Positions 52,457 through 64,000 of a stretch of 64,000 bases of DNA are shown in pieces; within the stretch, counting starts at the first letter, position 1; each line of letters begins with the position of its first letter. A program made the translations under genes and the position numbers. The notes under the pieces are model-generated. The model was not told where the DNA came from. It ran no database searches and saw only the letters and a list, made by a program, of their open reading frames with translations. Origin of the DNA: Octopus vulgaris (Eukaryota); assembly GCA_951406725.2 (NCBI GenBank), contig OX597818.1, positions 42,160,001 through 42,224,000 of the forward strand, given 5' to 3'.

Positions 52457-52864
52457 GGATCTTTTCGGTTTGAACGGCAGCTTTTTCTAGCGGCGTCATA
52501 TGAAATTGTCGCCCATAATTATGACCCTAGTATCGATCTATTGCATTTCAATCTATTTTAGGGTAATGTGGGGGAAGGGTATCATTTTTTCTTCACAAAT
52601 GTAAATAAACCCAATCTGTTTCTTAAACGAGGGACGTATTCATACGGTACAGAATGTTTTCACCTCAATAGACGGTCATTGATTGGTTGAAATTGCCGAA
52701 ATGCAAGAAATTAAAGACCAAATATCTTACAAACTATAGAATTTTCTCAATAAAGCCAAGAGAAAAAGATGTTTTATAAACACATTCTACCAGTATACGA
52801 AGTTTAAAATTTTTTAGTTACCTAGAAATTATGTTAAAAACTGCCGTTCAAACCGAAAAGATCC
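52457..52864. mobile_element. Merlin-like MITE
   Basis: Same TIRs as 23090-23506; 8-bp TSD ctaaatac/ctagatac. Confidence 0.88.
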
Positions 52865-54902
52865 CTAGATACTCCTAAAAATAGGGGGTAGTCGTGGTTG
52901 TAATGCCTTTGATTATAAGTCGGTTCGATCAAGATTCACCAGGAACTAAACGACAAAAACTAATGGATTATTGAACATTAAATATTCATTGTTGGTGTTC
53001 TACATTCGTAGTTTTCCATATCGATTTTCTATCTGCTCTCAAGCGTTAATCACGTGGCACCCAGTGTACTAACCTAACACACCCCGTTCTTGTGCACATG
53101 TATTGACATGTCACTGCGACGGTCGATTTCGGCGGTTTATATATATTTTTTTTCTTCTTGTTCTCTGTATGTTGCCTCATACAGTGTGTTATTATATTAC
53201 GTTTGCAAAGTCGGTGTTACATTTCATTGCATGCTTATACATGTGTCTTTATGGGCTTATGAAATCAATAGTCCGTTTTGAGTGTATCAAACAGAGAAGC
53301 TAAATTCCTACGCGCGAAAATTTTTGCTAATAAAATAAGTAAGAATAATTCATTGGAATTTAAAATAACCCATTTAGTGAGAATTATTATATCATAACTA
53401 CAGAGAAATATCGAAAAAGTAGATAGATCCTTGAAACATATCTCGGATCTTTTCGCTTTGACCAGCAGATTTTTAAAATAATTTCTTTGTAACTAAACAC
53501 TTTTAAACTTCGTATACTGGTAGAATGTGTTACATAAAACATCTTTTTCTCTTGGCTTTCTTGAGAAAATTCTGTAGTTTGTAAGCTATTTGTTGTTTAA
53601 TTTCTTGCATTTCGGCAATTTCTACCAACCAATGACGACTATTGAGGTGAATACAATTTCTCCGGATCTTTGTCAACAATTATTTGAAATAAAAGTTTCC
53701 AAAGCAGAGCGATATAATGCCATTGAAAATATATTCGTCTTTTTAAACTCTTCGCTCGCTATGGTGCATAGGTCATCTCATCTATTTCTCCTTTATTCCC
53801 GACTCTGGGCTGTCTTTTTCTCTTCCAGGTTTTGTTGGTTTTGAATTGTCATTGATGTTCTGTAACTACTATTTTCTAGGAAGGGGTGTTGCCCCTACAC
53901 AAACAACCTCTGGGAAGAGGCAGTCAATATTAGTGTGGTCTCTATCATTTGATCTATCCAGTATGGGAGGCCCTATCAATAGCTTGGGCTCTGCTGGCAT
54001 AGGGCTTTAGGCTCACTGAGGCACTCAAGCCATCACACTGGAACAATGAATGGACCTCGTGGTCAACTAAAACTATATTCGTGAATAAAAAAATATTTGG
54101 GCAAAATCCTGAAATTTTGAACTATGATGTTAGTAAGAAGGGGACATTTAAAAAATATGTAATGAAACAAACAAACAAATACATAGCTAAATAGACCGAT
54201 GTCGAAATACTTTGTCAATTCTTTTTTATTTTCCTTTTCCTTTGATTTCAATGTCAAAAAATCTCCAATGAAATTCCTACCTCCAAATCTACCTTAATCC
54301 ATCTCGATAATCTTATCTTTAAATTCTTCAGTCATCAAACCTGCTGTTATTCTCAAAAAAAATCACCAAGGAATTAGATGCTGTTCCTTTTTCTGCAGAG
54401 ATCTATCTTGAAATGTGAAACTATACAAATTCTTGATCTACACTAAAAAAAAAAATAGTGATGCATTCGTCATAGTAATTAGTACCCGACTCGGTCTTCC
54501 TAGCACGGGAAAAACCATTCATATAAAACACTCACAAAGTCTCTTCTAGTCAATCAGATTAGATCACGAACCTTTATATCATGTATTTCTTTTTTTGTGC
54601 ATACTCTTCCAGTATTATAAAGAAATTTTCCGTACTTAGCGGTTGTGTTCCACTCTTGTTCGAAACTTTTTTAGTGCGGTCGCTTTTCGCCACTTTGTTA
54701 GTCTAGGTTAAACCTGCATATCAGTCATTCTAGTTATGTTCTCTACTGTCCCATACTGAGTAAGCTCTACTGAATACGAACAGTAAAAACCAGAATCTTT
54801 AAAGACTGGTGGTGGTTTGCGTCAGAAATAAAATTATAACATGAAGTTAGTAAAGCTGAAGAAATTTGTATGGTGAAATGGAACGAGAAACCTGGCGTTT
54901 TG

Positions 54903-55311
54903 GGATCTTTTCGGTTTGAACGGCAGTTTTTTCTAGCGGCGTCATATGAAATTGTCACCCATAATTATGACCCTAGTATCGATCTATTGCATTTCAATCT
55001 ATGTTAGGGTTAGGGGTGGGGGGAAGGGTATCTTTTTTTCTTCACAAATGTAAATAAACCCAATCTGTTTTTTAAACGAGGGACATATTCATACAGCACA
55101 GAATGTTGTTTACCTCAATGGACGTCAGTGATTGGTTGAAATTGCAGAAATTGAAGAAAAAACAACAAATATCTTACAAACTATAGAATTTTCTCAATAA
55201 AGCCAAGAGAAAAAGATGTTTTATAAACACATTCTACCAGTACACGAAGTTTAAAGTTTTTTAGTTACATAGAAATTATGATAAAAACTGCCGTTCAAAC
55301 CGAAAAGACCC
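54903..55311. mobile_element. Merlin-like MITE
   Basis: Same family as 23090-23506; no TSD evident. Confidence 0.85.
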
Positions 55312-56354
55312 CTTCACTGATTTGGACCAGTACATTCATTGGCAGTATGTTTTAAATAAAGTACTGAGACTCCGCGCGTGTAAATTGTGAATAACAAGAT
55401 TCTAGTCGAGTTGTACTCGGGTTCGTCTTGCAGAGAGAATCCATTGGCTTTACTACATGGTCTATTCACACAGAGGGGCTAAATGTATGTTTACTATACG
55501 GTTGTATGCTAAAATGACTAACAAAATAGACCTCGTATTGAACGTGATGTTAAATTTTAGTTACTATTTCTATGCGAAAAGTGTTTTACCCTTTAGCTGA
55601 AATGCAAACGTCATACAGCGTAGCATTAGAGACATGCACAGTAATTCTACAAAATTATAATTTTGTGATATTTGGAAAATTTGAGGAAATGTCTACCTAA
55701 TGCTGCAAAGAATTCCTGGTCTATTTTGATTTTTTTCTTGTGAATTAAAGATCGGATTAGACCAGATAATTTCATCGGTTATTTTTGCTCTTCTTTTAAT
55801 ATATTTGATATGTATGCATGCATGTATGTATGTATGTATGTATGTATGTATGTATGTGTGTGTGTATGTATGTATTTGATGTTTTTGCAAAGTTATGCTC
55901 GAGCACATTTTCGGTTTGGGATGAGAATCGAACTGACTGGTTTCGCTGTCTTTTCAGCCCTTTAGATAACGTCCCCTCTCCTCCTCTCTCTCTCCTTTCC
56001 TCTCTCTCTCTCTCTACCCCCTCTCTCCCAAGATACTAAGAAAACGTAGTTGAAAGCTATTACCGAAGGACTGCTTATGATGATAGTAAATCGTCTAGTG
56101 TATAGTCCATTTTAAGAGAGTGGGGTATGATCTGAGGGAGATTTGGTTTCTATTTTAGTACATCGAGCGAGATCATTGAGGCTTTCTCGTTGCCTCATAT
56201 CACATCAGAGTATATATAATTCTGCCAATATTGTGATGCCATAGATTGAAACAGCCATCAGTAATTACTGCTGACTCTATTTATTCTCTACTGCCAGCTG
56301 ATTTTCCAATTCAGTTATGTCCGGTATACGCAATTAAGGCAGAATTGAATTAAA

Positions 56355-56765
56355 ACAGCTGTCTATGTCATATTTGATGTATATACATTGTTAATAGGCC
56401 AGTTACTGCAGTATTGATTCTGATATGTCATCACTTATAGTGGTGCTGTGTTAAAGCACAATAATATCGGAGGGAGACGAAGATTCATCCCTGCAGCAGC
56501 TAATGAAAATGCGAGACGTATGTCTTATACTGGAGGCAACGAATTCTTGTCCGAGCATATGGCTAGCTGTAAATAGCCGCCAAAAAGTTCGAAATGCATT
56601 TGACGTTCTCGCTGGCCGCTGCTGGGACGAACTTTTATCTACCTTCAATACTTATTGCGTTTTTAAAACGGCGTGTCCGTAAAAGATGCTATCTCAGGAC
56701 AAATATTGCAGTAACTGGCCTATTGACTGTGTATATACGTTTCGATGGTTCGTAGATGGCTATGC
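56355..56765. mobile_element. Degenerate foldback/MITE
   Basis: aataggccagttactgcagtatt (56393-56415) is the inverted repeat of aatattgcagtaactggcctatt (~56702-56724), with weaker outer extension. Confidence 0.5.
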
Positions 56766-57344
56766 GAAGTATGTAATTAATTAAGAAATAACTTTGAGAG
56801 TTTCCAAGCTGGTTGCAATGACATACACGATAAAGAAATGAATAACATGGGTCCTTAGCTCGGTATTTCATGGTTTTGTACCAAAGTCTCTTTCTTTTTT
56901 TACCACAATGTAAGGTGCAATTCTCCGATTTAGTTTAAAGGGAATACTCGGAAACCAAAATAAAGCGAGAAAACTTTTACATATTCCACTATGTAGCAGC
57001 GGCAGTATTAGTATAGTGGTCGTGGTTGCGGTGGTGGTCGCCGTCATCCTAGTAGTAGTAGTAGTAGTGGTGGTGGTGGTGGTGGTGGTGGTAGTAGTAG
57101 TATTAGACTGAAACATAAGAAAACCGTCCTTTTAAATTAGCATATAGAACTATGTTTCTTCCGATTTCTTTTGAAAAACCTTTGACAAAAGCGGTTTTCA
57201 TGTCTTTACAACTGGCTTTAAACCTATTCTTTCTATGTATCGACGTAAGTGTTCTCATTTCCTTGGCTAGTTTTACAACTTCATCACCACGTGTCAACCA
57301 AGGAGCCTCAGCGCCATGGGTAGCAAACGTCTCGTTTGGTGGAC

Positions 57345-58621
<1,277 letters not shown>

Positions 58622-59077
58622 TTTAAATTAAACAGGATCTGCAGAGCGGTTAAAGAGATTTGCTAACAGTCGGAGATTGGTTATATATGTAATTTAAAAC
58701 GACGCCAATAGTTCGGGATCTTTTAATAAAATTCTTTCTAATTCTAGCTCAAGACCAACAATTTTAATGGGAGGCTAAGTCAATTACATCAACCTCGGTG
58801 CTCAACTGGTATTTATTTTATCCATTACGAAAGGATGAAAGCAAAGTCGACCTTGGTTGCATTTAAACTCAGAACATAAAGAACCTGATGAAATGCCGCT
58901 AAGCATTTTGTCCGGTGCCTAACGGCAATATTTTAATATAATGATATCTGGACGCGGAGAGTTATTCAAATCGGTCATTAACATTGAGGGATTCAACTAT
59001 AGGTTTGTAGTAGATCTTGCAGGCATGAAGTGGATTCGATCCACCATAGCCAAATTTCAAGTAGCAGTTCAACAGAA

Positions 59078-59583
59078 CTTTCGGGGTCGATAAATTAAGT
59101 ACCAGTTGCGTACTGGGGTCGATTTGATCGACTGGCCCCCTCCCCCAAAATTTCGGGCCTTGTGCCTAGAGTAGAAAAGAATAATGGCGGCAAGCTGGCA
59201 GAAACGTTGGCACGCCGGGCGAAATGCTTAGCGGTATTTCGTCTGCCGTTACGTTCTGAGTTCAAATTCCGCCGAGGTCGACTTTGCCTTTCATCCTTTC
59301 GGGGTCGATAAATTAAGTACCATTTACGCACTGGGGTCGATGTAATCGACTTAATACCTATGTATGTCCTTGTTTGTTCCCTCTATGTTTAGCCCCTTGT
59401 GGGTAATAAAGAAATAGGTATTTCGTCTGTCTTTACGTTCTGAGTTCAAATTCCGCCGGGGTCGACTATGCCTTTCATCCTTTCGGTGTCGATAAATTAA
59501 GTACCAGTTGCGTACTGGGGTTGATCTGATCGACTGGCTCCCTCTCCCAAAATTTCGGCCCTTGTGACTAGAGTAGTAAAGAA
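59078..59583 (+). mobile_element. Dimeric family A SINE preceded by an extra second-unit tail
   Basis: Tail fragment 59078-59182, then a full dimer 59185-59583 with the conserved junction. Confidence 0.85.
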
Positions 59584-59585
59584 TA

Positions 59586-60091
59586 TCTATAATAATAAAA
59601 GCAAAATTTTGTCTGTCTGTCTGGGACCCTGGTATCTCAGTCTACATTTGCTCTACATAGACATATTATAATTTCTTGGAATCAGGATGATCCCAGGGTT
59701 GAAAATCCACCCTTCATTTAGTTCTTGGACATCCAGTATTGAGACTGATTTAAAAGCATTTGGGTTGCTATTTCTAGCGAGTAAAGCTTGGCTGATTCAT
59801 GCCATCTTGCTTGGCATTTGTCAGATGAAGTCAGAGATCAAGGGGGAGATAAATGACATTAGCTTCCTTAATTTTACATCGAGATAAGAACTTTGGCTCA
59901 AATTGGCCAACGAATGAAATCCAACTTGGGAATGAAACGATTCAGTGATTGTAGTACAGAATTAATTCTCATCCGTCCTTAACCTCAGATCAAACACCCC
60001 CGGGACATATAGTCATCGCAGACGTATTATAGTCATGCTATTTAGCAGGAGCTAGCTTTAAAATCCGCACGGAGTGTGGCTTTTAAGCTAG
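59586..60091 (+). mobile_element. Non-autonomous Helitron
   Basis: A|TCTATAATAATAAAAG...(TGTC)n...hairpin CCGCACGGAGTGTGG...GCTAG|T. Confidence 0.75.
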
Positions 60092-60401
60092 TTATTAATA
60101 AGAGTAATATTTAAGTGTCTATAAAGAGGAGTTACAAGAAGTGAATAAAATGAAATTTAGAGTCCATAAACTCTTATCTGCAACCAGAAATTTTGGGGGA
60201 GGGGAAGTAGTCAATAACATCTACCTACAGTACTTGACTGGTACGATGTCTGTTGAACCAACAAATGAAATGAAGGAGTCCTAAATGTGGTTGCTCGACA
60301 TGCTAGAAATAGTAGCCAAAGCTTTGAAAAATATTTTTTTCCCAAATTTCAATCTTTTAAGAATAACTCTATCCATCGGCAATCGCAATAACAATTCTCG
60401 C

Positions 60402-60802
60402 ATATCTTTTCAGTTTGAACGGCAGTTTTTTCTAGCGGTGTCATATGAAATTGTCACCCATAATTATGACCCTAGTATCGATCTATTGCATTTCAATCTA
60501 TTTTAGGGTTAGTTAGGGTTAGGGTATCTTTTTTTCTTCAGAAATGTATATAAACCCAATCTGTTTCTTAAACATATTCATACGGCACAGAATGTCGTTT
60601 ACCTCAATGGACATCAGTGATTGGTTGAAATTGCAGAAATTGAAGAAAAAAAACAACAAATATCTTACAAACTATAGAATTTTCTCAATAAAGCCAAGAG
60701 AAAAAGATGTTTTATAAACACATTCTACCAGTATACGAAGTTTAAAATTTTTTAGTTACCTAGAAATTATGTTAAAAACTGCCGTTCAAACCGAAAAGAT
60801 CC
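60402..60802. mobile_element. Merlin-like MITE
   Basis: Same family as 23090-23506; perfect 8-bp TSD attctcgc. Confidence 0.88.
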
Positions 60803-62582
60803 ATTCTCGCTTCACAGAAATAGGGATTGCATCAGCACAGTTGCTTTCTCTCCCCCAAGTAACCTATACAAAAATATGAGGTAAATTTGTTGTTCCCCTC
60901 TCAATTAATTTATGAAAAAAACGAAAGAGTTCGTATCCATATAATCCGACTTTCTTCGGCGTAGTGTGGAAGTTTTAACTGTTTCAAATCGTTTCCAAAA
61001 ACCGTCTAAGCCTTCAAGTCGTAACAGTAATCTGATGTAAATTTGTAAAAAAATTAAGATACACTATTTTTCTCAATAGATGCACCTTCAAAAATTCTTA
61101 TGGAATTGTAGCTGGTTCCTATTCTGAACTGAAAAAAAAGAACGTTCCCTACTTCTTGGCTCGTTTTTTAGTCTTTACTTTTAATCCGATTTACATCCCG
61201 GATATATTATAGCAGTGTTTATCATAGCCGAGGGAATTTGTGAGGATTGAAAAGCAGATGGATAAATCATCATATTTAAAATGTTATCATTTGAAACACT
61301 TAAAACTTATATACCGAACACCATGGCGACAAAGGAAACTTGCGGGGTGTTCAAGATGTTTCTCGAAAATGTGATCATGATCAGGCCCTTCTTGTATCAA
61401 GCTCGTCCAATGATGGTTACTGTACTCTTTTCTGACTGACGTCATTTAATTAATTTGTTGTTGCTTTATCATCATGTTATCCTTCATCCCGATTTTGCCA
61501 TAGCCACTTTTTGACAATTTATACAATTTCTTTTTTACTATAGTTTAAACTTTTTGAAAAATATCCCAATTTTTTTTATCGTTTATAAATTTTTAATATT
61601 GTCTCAGCAGCAATTATTTCGGGCTATAAAACGTGCTGGCGGCAGAGAAGAAAAGAAAGAAAAAAGTATGAACAAGCCAGGAAAATGAGGGTGCATGAGG
61701 TATAATATTCTTGATTAACAGAACAAGAAGTGGAAGCTTTAAAATATTGCAGCTAAATTTGGAATCGGAAAGAAAAATGTTTTAAAGTTTCATTCAAATG
61801 TAAAAGTATAACTTCTTTAATTTCAAACACATGTGAAAAAAAAAATGAGTTATACGGAACTTCCTATATTTATTCCCTATAAAATATGGTGGCTGTTGGC
61901 TGTGGGTTGAAACACTCGTATATGATGGAGATATAGCATGGTATTTTAAAATATAAGGATGCTCAACTACCTCCCTCCCATGTTTTTCTAATTATAACTA
62001 AGATGACTTTCAGGAATACAGAAATGCGAACTCATCTGGAGGTGAGGAAGAGTGACTAGAAACTTGCCTAGTAACAGATAAATAGCCAGGCAGCTCAGAA
62101 GTACGGAGAGATAAATGATGTGATGGATTTAAAAAAATGAAAATTTATCCCCATTAGAAACATAGATTAAAAATCTAAGCTCATGAAACTCTGGAAATCG
62201 AACAAACTTCGGCTCTTGATATCCAGAAACTCCTATTCTCAGACTCAACATAAACCATAAGGTAGGATCTCACTTAGATATGTACATGACAGGGTGAGAA
62301 GAAAATGGCCCTTCAGATTTAAAAACATTGCCAGCATGTCACCCAAGCAGTTCCGTCACGTGACTTTTAGAGATCCCTTGCAACTTTTTGTTTCGACCCC
62401 CCCTCCCTTCAATCAAAATTCATAATCTACGCAATTTTTTCATAGTTATTTTTTTACTTTATAGTATCTGAAGTTCAATATTTCACGTTATCCTAAAGAA
62501 CATCTTTAAAAGTACAAGTTAGGTTTATTTAAGTCTGTACCAAATTTCAATAAAACGTCCAGATATGATTAAAAGAGCACTT

Positions 62583-62749
62583 GGCGATCCTTCGGTATAG
62601 GTACCGTAAGTACCGGAAGTGCCTTTGTTTACATTTCTGGAGATAACAGAGACCCTTCCCCCCCTAACCCTAACCCCCACCCACATATATAAAAAAACAC
62701 TTTCTTGAAATGTATCCGGTACTTCCGGTACCTATACCGAAGTTACGCC
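62583..62749. mobile_element. Second GG...CC MITE family with internal CCCTAA repeats
   Basis: TIR GGCGATCCTTCGGTATAGGTACCGTAAGTACCGGA / TCCGGTACTTCCGGTACCTATACCGAAGTTACGCC; perfect 8-bp TSD gagcactt. Confidence 0.85.
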
Positions 62750-63724
62750 GAGCACTTTTATAATCCCGGCAACTTCCAAAGACAAACTTTGATCTTAACA
62801 TGGTGTTGTAGGGGTTTAGCGACGGTCCTGCGCTTTAGGGACAGTTAGTCTTACCTTTCAGTCTTTTCCTTTCATTTTCCATCTACACCCACCTAAAAGC
62901 CATTTTATAAAATTTAAGTTTCAACATTAGCAACAATATTTTTATGTTTCTACTTCTTTTTGTCCTGTACTTTTCCAGGTTCAGTTAATTAAGAGTATTA
63001 TCATTTTGGCGACAGCGTTTTGCCTTTATTTTTAGGTTGAATACAGAATTAGGAGAAGGAAGAACCAAGGTGGAGAGAAAGGATGATCTTATGATAGATT
63101 AGTAAAAAAATTATCTGGATTAGATTAAAAATCTTTTAACTAAAATGTTTATCATATCTGTCTCATGTCAAAGACCACCAGAGGTTGCAGATTTCATTCA
63201 CTACGTAAATTCCTTTTCGGTAGTAGGATTGAATGTCAAATTCTTTTGCATAATTTCACTTGAAAAATTGTTCAAAATCTTTGTTTTTGCAGTAGGGCGG
63301 TGGTGGATGTGAACATATTCCATACCCATAGAGGAATCCTTGTTTCAAACATATTTTAAATCAATGAGCTTGTCTGTTTACCAGCACACAATCACACACA
63401 AACATAACACCACCACACATTTTATCTACAGAATCTATCATAAGCCACAAAGGGAATCCTTGAGTCTTTACCCGACATGCTAGAAACAATAGTTAAATCC
63501 CCTGCCGCCTCAAAAAAAAATGGAAGGATACGTTATATCACTTAGTCCTACAGACATTGCTTGAAGAAAGAAAGACGGGATGGTACTTGCTGGAACGCCT
63601 CTCATTCATTTAACCCTAACTTTCATTGTTTAGTCAGTGCTCACCAGGTTTCAGCGCTGGATTAACCACGAAGCAAATAAGCACGTTAGGGAAGGAGGCA
63701 TCGCAGAAATGGTAAATTGTTCGC

Positions 63725-64000
63725 AAGGAGTGGCTGTGTGGTAAGTAGCTTGCCATACCATTAATGTCTATGTCCAGCCCGCAAAGCTACATCTGTATAA
63801 TGCCCCTGTGGCAAATTAGATAAAATAAAGTAGCTTGCCTACCAACTACATGGCTCTGGGTTCAGTCCCACTGCGTGGCACCTTGGGCAAGTGTCTTCTA
63901 CTATAGCCTCGGGCCGACCAAAGCCTTGTGAGTGGATTTGGTAGACGAAAACTGAAAGAAGCCCATCGTATATATGTATGTATATATATATATATATATA
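63725..64000 (+). mobile_element. SINE family D (interrupted, runs off the window)
   Basis: Head GGAGTGGCTGTGTGG at 63727; the body resumes at ~63828 after an insert bracketed by a duplicated aagtagcttgcc. Confidence 0.85.

Noticed and set aside
57103-57340. ORF APWLTRGDEVVKLAKEMRTL... as a host gene exon
   Set aside because: No recognisable family and no clear splice sites; more likely a decayed LINE linker fragment.
62855-62892. 38-nt minus-strand exon candidate (ttttag|...|gtaag) as CFAP97D2 exon 1
   Set aside because: No resemblance to the family N-terminus, and its ATG frame ends in phase 1, incompatible with the phase-0 exon at 41426.

Overview
AT-rich, microsatellite-dense animal genomic DNA. 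The tRNA-derived SINE families and long (TA)n/(TACA)n/(TG)n tracts suggest an octopus; this is inference from recalled repeat families, not a database match. One protein-coding gene is well supported: a minus-strand CFAP97D2-like (KIAA1430/Hemingway family) gene. Its four GT-AG coding exons (41426-41346, 35143-35025, 32047-31864, 27262-26816) give 276 aa ending in a repetitive acidic tail. The expected first coding exon was not found. The rest is mostly mobile-element debris: four SINE families (one dimeric), Chapaev3-like, mariner and Tigger transposase relics, RTE and R4/Dong LINE fragments, non-autonomous Helitrons, GG...CC MITEs with 8-bp TSDs and TTAGGG repeats, piggyBac/hAT MITEs, a probable solo LTR and Penelope-like stubs. 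The most notable signals are an intact-looking type I hammerhead ribozyme (42608-42666), a perfect 125-bp-arm palindrome (4484-4740), a compact Pol III-like structured locus (~36630-36780), an orphan YY1/ETS/NRF1 promoter-like patch (~7115-7410), and two inverted duplications sharing a roughly common axis. Most supplied ORFs are microsatellite or SINE artefacts.
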